From: an uncultured Lutibacter sp.
GTDB lineage: Bacteria > Bacteroidota > Bacteroidia > Flavobacteriales > Flavobacteriaceae
Assembly: GCA_963933045.1 (NCBI GenBank)
Contig: CAWVTS010000001.1
Coordinates: 1,347-65,346 of the forward strand
Length of the DNA stretch: 64,000 nt
Reading direction: 5' to 3'
Shown piece after piece: positions 19,459 to 30,668 of this stretch. A program made the position numbers and the translations under genes. A model generated the notes under the pieces. It saw nothing but the letters and a program-made list of their open reading frames with translations, had not been told where the DNA came from and searched no databases. How positions within the stretch are numbered: the stretch's first letter is position 1; every line of letters begins with the position of its first letter.

Positions 19459-22400
19459 TTGAAGCTAATAACAAACATATTTTGTAGTGTATTTTTACTT
19501 TTTTTTAATGTGATTTTTTCACAAGAAAATATTGAATTTCAACAACTATCAGGTGAAAATGTTTCAACACAAAGTATTACTTATGCAATAAAACAAGATA
19601 GTATTGGAAATGTTTGGATTGCTTCTGAAGAAGGAGTTTTAAAGCACAACTCTAAATATTATAAAGTTTATAATACTTATAATGGATTGCCAGAGTCGGT
19701 TAGTAATCGTACAACACAACTTTTTATTGATTCTAAACAACGTGTTTGGATTGGTCTTGAAAATGGTGTTTGTTTATATGACGAGGTATTTGATAAGTTC
19801 AATTTAATAAAGAATAAAACAGATATTAATCCATCTTTAATTACTTCTATTACTGAGAGTTTGAATGAGAATATTTGGATTGGAGGTTATAATGGATTAT
19901 GGAAATATGACCCAAATGTTTCTAATAGTTCTATGACGCGAGTGTTAAATAATCATTCTATTCAGGCATTATATAGTTTTAAAAACAATATCATTTTTGG
20001 AACATCTAAAGGTTTATTTGTATATAACTTAATTAATAATAGTTTAGTTGAACTTAAATTAAGTGAGGACTTAAAAAATATAAGTGCAATAGGAATGTTT
20101 AATAATCGCCTATTGATAGGAACTAAATCTGGAGAGGTTTTTGAAATGGATTTTAATTTTAAGGAAATGAAATCAATTAATTTTGAAAAGAAAACTTTAA
20201 ATAAAATTAATGATTTTGAAGTAGACTCTTCCAATAATCTATATATCGCTACCGATGGAGATGGAATTTATTATATAAATAAAAGATACAAGATTCTGTA
20301 TCATTTCACAGAAGATGTTGACAATCCAAAGTCTATCTCTAGTAATGGTATTTATGATATAGAAATTGGACGTGAGGGTATTTTTTGGGTTGCAACTTAT
20401 GGAGGAGGAGTAAACTTTTATAGTTCAAATAGACTCCCTTTTCAGAAAATACAACATCAAATAAATAATCCAAATAGTTTAGTCTCAAATTTTACCAGAT
20501 CTATAGCTGTTGATAAGAATGATAATTTATGGTTTGGAACTAAAAAAGGAGTAAGTATTTGGAATACAAAAAAAAATGAATGGAAACATATAAGTACTTC
20601 ATCAAAAAATAAAAAACAAGATATTGTTCTTGCCTTAGCTTCTGATAATGATTTTATGTGGGTTGGAACTTACAATAATGGATTTTATAAAATAAATATC
20701 AATAGTTATAAGTCTGTAAATTATAATTCAAATACAGATAAATCAATAGTTAAAAAAGTCTATTCTATTTTTGAAGATAATAATAATATCTGGCTGGGAG
20801 GTATTGAAGGAGACTTGACGGTTATACGTCCTAATAAAAAAATTGATACTTATCCTATAAATCAAATAAAATTTATTACAAAATCTAGTTCTGGAAATAT
20901 CTTAATTGCCGGTAAAAATGGAGTTTACGAAATTGATGATGCAAAAAAAGAGTTTAAGCTTATTGAAAAGTTAAAGCCTAATAAAAACAACTTAGCATAT
21001 TCAACAGTAAATTCTATTTGTCAAACTAATGATGATAATTTGATTATTGCAACAAACGGTGCTGGCTTAGTGTTTTATGATTATAAGAACAACAGTATTA
21101 GAAAATTAACAGTTAATTCTGGGATGCCTTCAGATATTGTACAAGGAGTATTAGCAATTAATAACTCCGACATTTGGGCAAGTACTACAAAGGGGTTAGC
21201 ACATATTGTAACATCATCAAGAGATACAATTATTACTATTTTTGATAAACGAGATGGATTAGCAAGCACAGAATATAATTATGGGAGTTTTGCCAAGTTA
21301 AATAATAAATTATATGCTTTTGGAGGTGTAAATGGTGTTACTCTTTTTAATCCTGATAAAATACAGGACTCTAATTATAAACCCAAAATAAGTTTTGATG
21401 AATTTATATTGTTTGACAAAACTATTGAACCTGGATCTAAAATTTTAAAAAAACATATTAACTTAACTGATAATATTATACTTCAAAGTAATGAAAATTC
21501 AATTGAATTTAAGTTTACTGGTGTACTACAGAATTATTCTTCTAAAATAAAATATACATTTAGATTAGATGGCTTTAATGATGATTGGTCAGAGCCTAGT
21601 TTAAATAATTTCGCAACCTATACTAATCTAAATTCTGGTGATTATAGATTTAGAGTCAAGGCATTATATAAAAATAGAGATTTCGGAAAAGAACGTTTTG
21701 TAAATATCAAAATTGAATCCCCATGGTATGCTACCAAAACAGCTTTTTTATTCTACATCTTGCTTATAATAGGAATTATATATCTTATTATTCATTTTAC
21801 TAGTGTAATTATAAATAAGAAAAATGCTGATGAACAAATAAACTTTTTTAATAATATAACACACGAAATAAAAACGCCTCTCGCTATATTGATTTCATCA
21901 TTAGATGCTGTGACAGAAAAAATAGAATCAAATAATAAGTCAAAAGAAAGAATTAAAACTACTGTAAAAAGAATTAATTCGTTGTTTGAGCAAATGCTTA
22001 ACTTCCATAAAATCACATCACAAAACAGTATAAGTCAAGACGTCACAAAAATTAATTTAAACAAACTTATTGAACAAAGAGCACTTGATTTTCAGCCACT
22101 TAGCGAAGATAGAAATTTAGAAATAATTATTAATAATCGTTGGAATGATGATGTTTTTTATCATGATAAAGATATTTTTGATAAAATCTTATTAAACCTC
22201 ATTTCAAACTCAATTAAATACTCTTTTGACAATGGAAAAATTTATATCAATACATATAAAACAAAGCAAGGAGATTTAAAAATTGAATTTATTGACAAGG
22301 GGTTAGGGATCCCAAAAGATCAACAAAAATTTATTTTAAATAAATATTATAGAGCAAGAAACGTAATTAATAGCCAAAGACCTGGTACGGGATTAGGATT

Positions 22401-23358
22401 AGTAATGGTTAAAAAATTAATTGAGAAAGTTGGTGGCTCAATAAGTTTTATAAGTGAAGAAAATAAAGGAACGACATTCTCGATTTCACTTAAAAATTTA
22501 ATTAATGAATACACAAAGCAAACAATATCTAACGAAAATACAATTACTGTAGTAAAAAATCAATTAGAAGAATACTCTAATTTTGATGAGTTTAGTGATA
22601 GTAAAATTTTAATTGTTGAAGATAACGATGAATTAAGAGAAATCCTTGTGAACTCTCTTGGAGTTTATTTTCGAATTTATGAAGCAAAAAACGGAAAAGA
22701 GGGTATAGAAGTTGTGAGTCATGTATTTCCAGATATTATTCTTACAGATTTAATAATGCCTGAAATGGATGGAATGCAAATGTCTAAAAAAATAAAAGAG
22801 GATATCAACTTAAATCATATTCCAGTATTTATGCTAACAGTTTTACAAAACTCAACTCAAAAATTAGAAAGCATAGAAACCGGTATTGCAGCCTATATTG
22901 AAAAGCCAATTGACATGAAGTTTTTATTAGCTAAAATAACAAACACATTAAAATATCAAAGAAAGTTACGTAAGAAATATATTCAAGAAAGCGATACGGA
23001 TAATGCTACACTTTTTAGAAATAAAAATGATCAAGAATTTTTAAAAAAACTAGAAGAAAATATAATTAAAAATATTGAAGATAATTCTTTTTCTGTTTTA
23101 AATTTATCAGAAAATTTTGGCATGAGTAGAACTTCACTATATATGAAATTAAAAAATTTAGTTGATTTATCTCCCCAAGATTTTATAATTCACAACAAAT
23201 TAAAATATTCAAAGAAATTACTTATCAAGGGTGAAATGAGCATTAAAGAAATTGCTTATAGCTCGGGGTTTTCAAATCCAAAATATTTTAGTACTTCTTT
23301 TAAAAAATTCTACGGAATAACTCCTAGTGGTTTTTTAGAAAGTATCTTTAAGGAATAA
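19459..23358 (+). CDS. Hybrid two-component sensor/regulator (HTCS)
   Basis: Beta-propeller sensor repeats (DSIGNVWIAS, GIFWVATYGGG), Y_Y_Y domain, TM, HisKA FFNNITHEIKTPL, HATPase GTGLGL, REC TDLIMPEMDG, AraC HTH (IAYSSGFSNPKYFSTSFKK). Confidence 0.95.
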   Translation: MKLITNIFCSVFLLFFNVIFSQENIEFQQLSGENVSTQSITYAIKQDSIGNVWIASEEGVLKHNSKYYKVYNTYNGLPESVSNRTTQLFIDSKQRVWIGLENGVCLYDEVFDKFNLIKNKTDINPSLITSITESLNENIWIGGYNGLWKYDPNVSNSSMTRVLNNHSIQALYSFKNNIIFGTSKGLFVYNLINNSLVELKLSEDLKNISAIGMFNNRLLIGTKSGEVFEMDFNFKEMKSINFEKKTLNKINDFEVDSSNNLYIATDGDGIYYINKRYKILYHFTEDVDNPKSISSNGIYDIEIGREGIFWVATYGGGVNFYSSNRLPFQKIQHQINNPNSLVSNFTRSIAVDKNDNLWFGTKKGVSIWNTKKNEWKHISTSSKNKKQDIVLALASDNDFMWVGTYNNGFYKININSYKSVNYNSNTDKSIVKKVYSIFEDNNNIWLGGIEGDLTVIRPNKKIDTYPINQIKFITKSSSGNILIAGKNGVYEIDDAKKEFKLIEKLKPNKNNLAYSTVNSICQTNDDNLIIATNGAGLVFYDYKNNSIRKLTVNSGMPSDIVQGVLAINNSDIWASTTKGLAHIVTSSRDTIITIFDKRDGLASTEYNYGSFAKLNNKLYAFGGVNGVTLFNPDKIQDSNYKPKISFDEFILFDKTIEPGSKILKKHINLTDNIILQSNENSIEFKFTGVLQNYSSKIKYTFRLDGFNDDWSEPSLNNFATYTNLNSGDYRFRVKALYKNRDFGKERFVNIKIESPWYATKTAFLFYILLIIGIIYLIIHFTSVIINKKNADEQINFFNNITHEIKTPLAILISSLDAVTEKIESNNKSKERIKTTVKRINSLFEQMLNFHKITSQNSISQDVTKINLNKLIEQRALDFQPLSEDRNLEIIINNRWNDDVFYHDKDIFDKILLNLISNSIKYSFDNGKIYINTYKTKQGDLKIEFIDKGLGIPKDQQKFILNKYYRARNVINSQRPGTGLGLVMVKKLIEKVGGSISFISEENKGTTFSISLKNLINEYTKQTISNENTITVVKNQLEEYSNFDEFSDSKILIVEDNDELREILVNSLGVYFRIYEAKNGKEGIEVVSHVFPDIILTDLIMPEMDGMQMSKKIKEDINLNHIPVFMLTVLQNSTQKLESIETGIAAYIEKPIDMKFLLAKITNTLKYQRKLRKKYIQESDTDNATLFRNKNDQEFLKKLEENIIKNIEDNSFSVLNLSENFGMSRTSLYMKLKNLVDLSPQDFIIHNKLKYSKKLLIKGEMSIKEIAYSSGFSNPKYFSTSFKKFYGITPSGFLESIFKE

Positions 23359-23505
23359 AAACTTCACGTACTGTGTTGTAAATAAATTATTTAAATTTTT
23401 AATTCCTCTTTTTTTTAATTTCTTTTTTTTTAAACAAAAATGAGTTTTGACAATAAATATACCTTTTATGATGTTTTTTAACACTCAGAAATAGGATTAT
23501 AGGTG

Positions 23506-23525
23506 TAATTTCGTTGTAACGAAAT
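23506..23525 (+). promoter_or_regulatory. susC promoter -7-like element (TAATTTCG) overlapped by an 8-bp palindrome
   Basis: TAATTTCG at 23506-23513; ATTTCGTT-gt-AACGAAAT at 23508-23525, 8 nt before the ATG. Confidence 0.45.
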
Positions 23526-23533
23526 AAAATACC

Positions 23534-26500
23534 ATGAAGCAAATCAAACATTTATTTTTAATAACATTTCTGTTTCCTTTAATTATGTCTGCACAAAATA
23601 CAGTAGATGGAATTGTTCTAGATGAAAACAATTTTCCAATTCCAGGTGCATTTATTATTATAAAAGGAACTGATAAAGGAAAAATTACTGACTTTGATGG
23701 AAATTTTTCCATTGTCTTAGATAAATTCCCAAGTATATTAATCGTTAGTTTTTTAGGTTATGCTACTCAAGAAATTGTAATAGAAAACCAGCAAAAACTA
23801 ACGATAACCCTTAAAGAGGATAGTCAAAAATTAGATGAGGTTGTAATTATTGGTTATGGTGAGGTAAAGAGAAAAGATGTAACTGGTTCAATTACTTCAA
23901 TAAAGCCTTTAAGAAATTCTGTCGCACAAGCACAAGGTGTGGAAAACTTATTGCAAGGTAGAGCGGCAGGAGTTTTAGTAAGCGCTAATAGTAATGAGCC
24001 TGGAGCTACAGTAAGTGTAAAAATAAGAGGGACAAATAGTTTGACAGGAAATACTGAGCCGCTATATGTTATTGATGGTATTATTATGGATTCGGCAACA
24101 GAGGATGTTGTTGATCCGCTTCAAGGAAGTAATAGTTCTTTATCATCACAAAACGGAATCACTGGGGTTAATCCTAGAGATATTGAAAATATTGAAATAT
24201 TAAAAGATGCTTCAGCGACTGCTATTTATGGATCTCGAGGCGCTAATGGAGTAGTATTAATTACTACAAAAAAAGGAGAAAAAGGAGAAGCAAAATTTAA
24301 TTATGCTACCACAACTAGAATTGGTAAGGTAAGCAAGGAAATAGATATATTAGAGGCTGGTGAATATGTGAATTACTTCAATGATATTCAAGCAGTAAAT
24401 GGTAATCTACCACGTTTTTTTGTTTATTCTGATGGAAGTATTGCGGAGTTTGATACTAGTGAAGAATTCATGATTGAAAATTCAGGTGATATTGCGAGAT
24501 TAGACCCTATCAACTGGAATGATGATACTTATAAGACATCAGTGACTCAAAACCATCGTGTCACAACATCAGGAGGGGGAGATAATGGTGATTACTATTT
24601 CGGATTAGGATATGCAAAGAATGAAGGAGTTATTCCAAATGCTTTTGCAAAGAGTGTTGATTTTACAATGAAATTAAATAATGACTTGTCTGAAAAACTA
24701 AAATTATCAACAAAAGTATCTGCATATTATGGTGATTATTCTGCTTCAAAAGGAACTGAAGATCTTGGAGGAACAAATAGTAATTTAGTAAGACAAATTG
24801 TGACTGGAGCGCCTGTTTTAAATCTAAGTGATAATTTCTTTGGGTTAGAAGGCGATTTCTCTGAAGGTTTAGATGGTCCTAGAGTATGGATTAAAGATTA
24901 TGATGATCTCTCAAGAGAGGTGCGTATATTAGGATCTGTGTCATTAGATTATAAACTCTCTAAAGTATTTACTTATAATATTAGAATAGGTACTGATTAT
25001 AGAAATAAACAAAGAAAAGTATGGTATGGAACTTCTATTTTTAGAGGATCTAATGTTAATGGTGAAGCAGGTATTGCGACACTATCTAGATTTAGATACA
25101 ATATTGATAATACCTTAAGATTTAGAAAATCATTTAACAAAAATCATAGAATTAATGGTACAATAGGTGCTGTAATAGATCAAAGATTTTTACAACAAAT
25201 TGCAAATACTGGGTCAGGATTCGCAGTAAAAGATTTAAGAGCTGATGGGATAAGTAACGCAGAAGTAACACAGCCTAGCGTATTACTTCGTGAAAATGAA
25301 TCATTACTTTCATTTTTAGGTCGTTTCAATTATACATTCAAGAATAGATATCTTTTCACCGCAACTTATAGAGCTGACGGAAGTAGTCGTTTTGCGCCAG
25401 GAAATAGATGGGGTCATTTTCCAGCAGTTGCCTTGGCGTGGAAAATGGATAAAGAACCGTTTTTAAAAGATGTTGAGAGCATTGACGAGTTGAAACTAAG
25501 AGTTGGATGGGGACTTACTGGTAATCAAGCAATTCCAAATTATAGATTTTACACATTGATGACTGGATCAAATCTACCACCTTATGGTGATGTTTCTAAT
25601 GGATCTATAAATGGTTTGGTTCAACCTTTTCTTTCTAACCCAGATTTATTATGGGAAACTTCAGATCAGTATAACGCAGGTATTGATTTATCATTATGGG
25701 ATCGTGTTAACTTTACTGGAGATGTCTTTTATAAAGAAGTTACCGATTTACTTCAAAATAGAGAAATTCCTCCATCAAATGGTTTTACTCAGGTTTTTGT
25801 TAATGAAGGAACATTGATTAATAAAGGGATAGAATTAAGTTTAAATGCAGATGTGATTGATAATGAAAAATTCAAATGGAATGTGTTTGGTAATATTTCA
25901 TTCATAAAAAATAGAATAGAAAATTTAGGAATTCCACCTGCACCTTATGGTAGCGAGACTTATAGTGCTTATTTTGGGCGTATAGTTTCTGGAGGGAACC
26001 ATTTTAAAGTTCCCGCAAACATTTTTATCGAAGGTGAAGCTCCTGGATTATTCTTTGGTTTTGAAACTGATGGAATTATTAATGACCAAACAGAATTAGA
26101 TAATTCGCCCTCATTTCAAGGGGTTGCTCCTCAACTCGGCGATGTTAAATTGGTCGACCTAACTGGAGATGGAAATATTACTGATGCTGATAGAACCATA
26201 ATAGGAGATCCTAACCCAGATTTTAACTATGGATTTGGTTCTAGTTTTGAATATAAAGGACTTTCCCTAAGTTTTTTCTTTAACGGTGTTCAAGGAAATG
26301 ATATTGTTAATGGAAACTTACTTAGAGAAGGCTATGCAAGTGGTAGAAACTCAGACAATATTAGAGCGGTTGCTTATAATAATGCATGGTCTCCAGAGAA
26401 CCCTAACGGCACATATCCTAGATTAGGTTATGACTTAGAAACTACTACAGGACTTACAGATAGAATTGTTGAAGATGGTAGTTTATTGAGGCTTAACTAT

Positions 26501-26716
26501 GTGACATTGGGATATGATATACCTATGGGAGAAAAAAGTTTCTTTGATAATGCCTATGTATCAGTTTCTGGTCAAAATTTATGGTTAATAACTAATTACA
26601 GCGGCTATGATCCTGAGGTGAATAGTTTTGCATATGATCCATCACGAGTTGGTGTCGATTGGAACTCTTTTCCAAATCAAAAGTCATATTCAATGTCATT
26701 AAACTTAAGCTTCTAA
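23534..26716 (+). CDS. susC: SusC/RagA TonB-dependent transporter
   Basis: CarboxypepD-like N-terminus, LDEVVIIGYG, plug motifs PLYVIDG and ILKDASATAIYGSRGANGVVLITTK, C-terminal aromatic residue (NLSF). Confidence 0.97.
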   Translation: MKQIKHLFLITFLFPLIMSAQNTVDGIVLDENNFPIPGAFIIIKGTDKGKITDFDGNFSIVLDKFPSILIVSFLGYATQEIVIENQQKLTITLKEDSQKLDEVVIIGYGEVKRKDVTGSITSIKPLRNSVAQAQGVENLLQGRAAGVLVSANSNEPGATVSVKIRGTNSLTGNTEPLYVIDGIIMDSATEDVVDPLQGSNSSLSSQNGITGVNPRDIENIEILKDASATAIYGSRGANGVVLITTKKGEKGEAKFNYATTTRIGKVSKEIDILEAGEYVNYFNDIQAVNGNLPRFFVYSDGSIAEFDTSEEFMIENSGDIARLDPINWNDDTYKTSVTQNHRVTTSGGGDNGDYYFGLGYAKNEGVIPNAFAKSVDFTMKLNNDLSEKLKLSTKVSAYYGDYSASKGTEDLGGTNSNLVRQIVTGAPVLNLSDNFFGLEGDFSEGLDGPRVWIKDYDDLSREVRILGSVSLDYKLSKVFTYNIRIGTDYRNKQRKVWYGTSIFRGSNVNGEAGIATLSRFRYNIDNTLRFRKSFNKNHRINGTIGAVIDQRFLQQIANTGSGFAVKDLRADGISNAEVTQPSVLLRENESLLSFLGRFNYTFKNRYLFTATYRADGSSRFAPGNRWGHFPAVALAWKMDKEPFLKDVESIDELKLRVGWGLTGNQAIPNYRFYTLMTGSNLPPYGDVSNGSINGLVQPFLSNPDLLWETSDQYNAGIDLSLWDRVNFTGDVFYKEVTDLLQNREIPPSNGFTQVFVNEGTLINKGIELSLNADVIDNEKFKWNVFGNISFIKNRIENLGIPPAPYGSETYSAYFGRIVSGGNHFKVPANIFIEGEAPGLFFGFETDGIINDQTELDNSPSFQGVAPQLGDVKLVDLTGDGNITDADRTIIGDPNPDFNYGFGSSFEYKGLSLSFFFNGVQGNDIVNGNLLREGYASGRNSDNIRAVAYNNAWSPENPNGTYPRLGYDLETTTGLTDRIVEDGSLLRLNYVTLGYDIPMGEKSFFDNAYVSVSGQNLWLITNYSGYDPEVNSFAYDPSRVGVDWNSFPNQKSYSMSLNLSF

Positions 26717-26728
26717 AAACAATATATT

Positions 26729-28261
26729 ATGAAAAATAACATTATTAAAATTTTATTAGTTGGCTGCTTAATTTTTACACAAAGTTGTGATAATTATCTA
26801 ACTGAGGAGCCCGTAACTGATTTTTTTACAGAACAAATATTTGCAACAGAAAGTGCTGTAGAATCTGCAGTTGCTGGAATGTACATCCAGTTCTCTAGTT
26901 TTGAACATCATGGTTCAGGAGCCTTAAACCTCCTCATGCCAATGTCTGGTAAGTTTTGGTCAAGTCAAGGTGCTAATGTTGATGCTACAAGTCTTAATTG
27001 TACACCGTCAAACATTAATTTAAACCAATTGTGGAGTGGTATGTATTCAACAATAAATGCATGTAATGTCGTTATTGACAACTTAAATAATAGTTCAGCT
27101 GAATTAAGTAATCGAGATGTTTCACTTGGTCAAGCCTATTTATTAAGAGGAATCACTTATTTTGATTTGGTTAGGCTCTGGGGAGATGTGCCAATTAAAA
27201 CTTCTATGGCTACAGTAGATGATTTACACACTCCAAGAAACGCGAAAGAGGATGTTTATGATTTGATTATGTCAGATTTTGAATTGGCAAAAGAATTATT
27301 ACCATTGCCTGGAGAATATAATGCTGCAAGGCCTGCAAAATATGTAGCCAATGCGTATTTAGCAAAAGTATATATGCAACTGGCTGGTGAAGATGGAGGA
27401 GATGCTAGTTTGTGGCAAAGTGCTTACGATGAAGCTATACAAGTTTATCAGAAATATTCTTTAGTATCAACTTATGCTGATCTTTTTGATATCGAGAATG
27501 AAAATTCAACCGAATCGATGTTTGAAATACAATATACCACAGCAGGTGGAACAAGAAGTTCAGATGCAATAAGAATGTTTAACCCAAACAATGTTTATGC
27601 AAATTTAAATACATTTGGTAGAATTCGTCCAAACAAGGAAGTATTTGATCAACATATTAATCAGTATTCTGAATTAGATCCAAGATTAGATGCAACATTT
27701 TATTATGGAAGCTATATAAAATCGAATGGTACCAGTCAAAACTTATATCCAACGATAATAGATAATAATAATGGTTTTGCTTGTATAGAAAAATACACTG
27801 ACCCGAGTTATAATGGAACAACTTCTGCTAGAAACTTCTTGAAATTACGATATGCAGATGTATTGTTAATGCTTGCCGAAATTGAAAATGAATTGAACGG
27901 TCCAGGAAGCGCCTATCAATACGTCAATGAAGTTTTATCAAGAGCTAGAAATACATCAAGTGGAGTTGTCGCAGAACCAGCCGAGTGGATGGGAATGTCT
28001 CTAGACGAATTTAGATTTCGAATCATGAGAGAACGCCAATTTGAGTTGCTAGGTGAAGGGCATGCATGGTATGATACTAGACGTAGAGGTTACGAATACT
28101 TTTTAGAAGAAGTTGTTGAAACACATAACAATCAACCTAACCCCGGAAATAGGGATTATATATATCCTGTAATAGTGAAAAATATGTTAATGCCTATTCC
28201 TTCGAATGAGATAAATAGTAATCAAGCAATTTCTCAAGCAGATCAAAATCCAGGATACTAA
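26729..28261 (+). CDS. susD: SusD/RagB glycan-binding lipoprotein
   Basis: Lipobox TQSC, GQAYLLRGITYFDLVRLWGDVP, RYADVLLMLAE, RERQFELLGEG, QNPGY C-terminus. Confidence 0.96.
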   Translation: MKNNIIKILLVGCLIFTQSCDNYLTEEPVTDFFTEQIFATESAVESAVAGMYIQFSSFEHHGSGALNLLMPMSGKFWSSQGANVDATSLNCTPSNINLNQLWSGMYSTINACNVVIDNLNNSSAELSNRDVSLGQAYLLRGITYFDLVRLWGDVPIKTSMATVDDLHTPRNAKEDVYDLIMSDFELAKELLPLPGEYNAARPAKYVANAYLAKVYMQLAGEDGGDASLWQSAYDEAIQVYQKYSLVSTYADLFDIENENSTESMFEIQYTTAGGTRSSDAIRMFNPNNVYANLNTFGRIRPNKEVFDQHINQYSELDPRLDATFYYGSYIKSNGTSQNLYPTIIDNNNGFACIEKYTDPSYNGTTSARNFLKLRYADVLLMLAEIENELNGPGSAYQYVNEVLSRARNTSSGVVAEPAEWMGMSLDEFRFRIMRERQFELLGEGHAWYDTRRRGYEYFLEEVVETHNNQPNPGNRDYIYPVIVKNMLMPIPSNEINSNQAISQADQNPGY

Positions 28262-28276
28262 TACAAGCGGCAATAA

Positions 28277-30667
28277 ATGAAAATCATTAAATCACACTCT
28301 AAATTATTTTTAAGCGTAGTTATTCTTTTAACTTTGGTTGTAATTTCTTTTAAAGACAGCAGTAAAAAGATATTAGATAAAGAAAACCTTACATACTTAG
28401 ATGCATCTGCTTCTATAGATAATCGCATCAATGACCTTATGTCTCGTATGACATTAGAAGATAAAGTCTACCAAATGTGTCAATACGTAGGTTTAGAGCA
28501 TATGAAAGTAGCCGAGGCAAAAATTTCTCCGAAGGAACTAGAGAAAAATGATGCTCTTGGATTTTATCCAGGAGTGCGAAGTGATAGTGTAGGTAAACTG
28601 GCTGAAGCAGGTAAGATAGGATCTTTTTTACATGTAGTAACACCAGAAGAAGCAAATCATTTACAAAAATTAGCGCAAAAAGCACCTTTAAAAATTCCAT
28701 TACTTATAGGTATTGATGCCATACATGGTAATGGTTTAGTAAGAGGATCTACAATTTACCCATCGCCTATTTCACAAGCAGCAACTTTTGCAGACGATTT
28801 AATTCTGGAAGGAAGTAAACAAACGGCTATAGAAATGAGAGCAAATGGAATGCATTGGTCTTTCACTCCAAATATTGATGTGTTACGTGATCCTCGTTGG
28901 GGAAGAACAGGAGAAACCTTTGGAGAAGATCCATATCTAGTAGGTAATATGGGAGTTGCAACTATTAAAGGACTGCAATCTGATGATTTTACTGGAGATA
29001 AAAATGTTATTGCATGTGCAAAACACTTAATAGCTGGAAGTTCTTCAATAAATGGATTAAATGCATCGCCAACAGATGTGTCAAAGCGGACATTGTTTGA
29101 AATATTTTTACCGCCTTATCGTAGAGCTGTGCAGGAAGCTAATTTATTTTCTATAATGGCAGCGCACAATGAAGTTGCAGGAATGCCTGGTCATATGGAT
29201 AAATTTATGATGAACGATTTAATGCGTGATCGTTGGGGGTTTGATGGGTTTTATGTTAGTGATTGGAATGATATTTCAAGAATAGATATTTGGCATCATG
29301 TTGCAAAAGACTTTAAACAATCTATTGAGTTTTCTGTAAATGCAGGAATGGATATGAATATGCACGGTATTTTATTTGATACATTGTTAACAGAGCTAGT
29401 TAATGAAGGAAAAGTAGACGAAGCACGTGTAGACTTTGCTTGTCGTAAAATTTTAGAAGTAAAGTTTAGATTAGGATTATTTGAAAACCCATATGTAGAT
29501 GTTGAAAAATCTAAAGAAGTAAATTTCTCAGAGGCACACCAAAAAAATGCATTAGAACAATCAAGACGTTCAATTGTACTCCAAAAAAATAAACAAAACT
29601 TTTTACCTTTATCTAATAAAGGAAATGCTAAAACAATCTTTATTACAGGCCCCAATGCTGATAACCAAACAACGCTTGGTGATTGGGTTTCGCCTCAACC
29701 AGAAGATAATATTATTACAATGGTTGAAGGCATTACTTTAATTGGAGAAGAAAATGGTTATAAGGTTAATTATTTTGATTCTGGAGACCGTTCAAAAGAA
29801 ATTACACCAGAAAATATAAATAAAGCAGCGCAACAAGCAAGAAATGCTGATATGATTGTGTTGGTTTTAGGAGAAAATTCATTTCGCCACGATTGGAAAC
29901 GTAAAACAACTGGCGAAAACATAGACAGAGCAACATTAAAATTATCTGGTAATCAAATGAAGCTGGCAGACAAGATGTTTGAACTCAATAAACCAGTAAT
30001 AGTTGTTTATGTAAGCGGAAGCCCAATTGCAGAACCATGTCTAGAACAACGCGCAAAGGCAGTTGTTAATACTTGGGAAAGTGGTGCATATGCTGGTCAA
30101 GCAACGGCAGAAATTCTCTTCGGAAAAACAAATCCTTCGGGAAAATTGCCATTGACTATTCCAAGAAGTGTTGGTCAATTGCAAATGGTATATAATCACA
30201 AACCAACAGCATATATTCATAAATATAATACGGAGAAGAAAAAACCATTGCATCCTTTTGGATTTGGGCTAAGTTATTCAAAATTTCATTTATCAGTACC
30301 TAAAGTGTCGAAAGCAGAGTTTGGAGGAATTGACGATACTATTACAGTATCTGTTAACGTAAAAAATGCAAGTGATATAGATGGAGAAGAAGTTGTTCAG
30401 TTATATATAAGAGACAATGTTAGTTCATACACAAGACCAGTTAAGGAACTTAAAGGTTATAAGCGTGTATTTGTAAAAGCGAATGAGACAAAAACTGTAA
30501 AAATTTCTATTTCTGCTGAAAGCTTAGCTATGTATGACAAAGATTTCAACTTTGTAGTTGAACCTGGAGAATTTACTATTATGACAGGAAACTCTTCCGC
30601 AGATAAATCATTAAAGAAAACGACCATTTCTGTAAAAAACGGAATCACATTAGATAAAGTAAATTAA
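28277..30667 (+). CDS. Glycoside hydrolase family 3 (beta-glucosidase/xylosidase type) with Fn3 domain
   Basis: IDAIHG, RDPRWGRTGETFGEDP, ACAKH, nucleophile VSDW, KTNPSGKLP, GEEVVQLY..RPVKELKG. Confidence 0.95.
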   Translation: MKIIKSHSKLFLSVVILLTLVVISFKDSSKKILDKENLTYLDASASIDNRINDLMSRMTLEDKVYQMCQYVGLEHMKVAEAKISPKELEKNDALGFYPGVRSDSVGKLAEAGKIGSFLHVVTPEEANHLQKLAQKAPLKIPLLIGIDAIHGNGLVRGSTIYPSPISQAATFADDLILEGSKQTAIEMRANGMHWSFTPNIDVLRDPRWGRTGETFGEDPYLVGNMGVATIKGLQSDDFTGDKNVIACAKHLIAGSSSINGLNASPTDVSKRTLFEIFLPPYRRAVQEANLFSIMAAHNEVAGMPGHMDKFMMNDLMRDRWGFDGFYVSDWNDISRIDIWHHVAKDFKQSIEFSVNAGMDMNMHGILFDTLLTELVNEGKVDEARVDFACRKILEVKFRLGLFENPYVDVEKSKEVNFSEAHQKNALEQSRRSIVLQKNKQNFLPLSNKGNAKTIFITGPNADNQTTLGDWVSPQPEDNIITMVEGITLIGEENGYKVNYFDSGDRSKEITPENINKAAQQARNADMIVLVLGENSFRHDWKRKTTGENIDRATLKLSGNQMKLADKMFELNKPVIVVYVSGSPIAEPCLEQRAKAVVNTWESGAYAGQATAEILFGKTNPSGKLPLTIPRSVGQLQMVYNHKPTAYIHKYNTEKKKPLHPFGFGLSYSKFHLSVPKVSKAEFGGIDDTITVSVNVKNASDIDGEEVVQLYIRDNVSSYTRPVKELKGYKRVFVKANETKTVKISISAESLAMYDKDFNFVVEPGEFTIMTGNSSADKSLKKTTISVKNGITLDKVN

Positions 30668-30668
30668 T

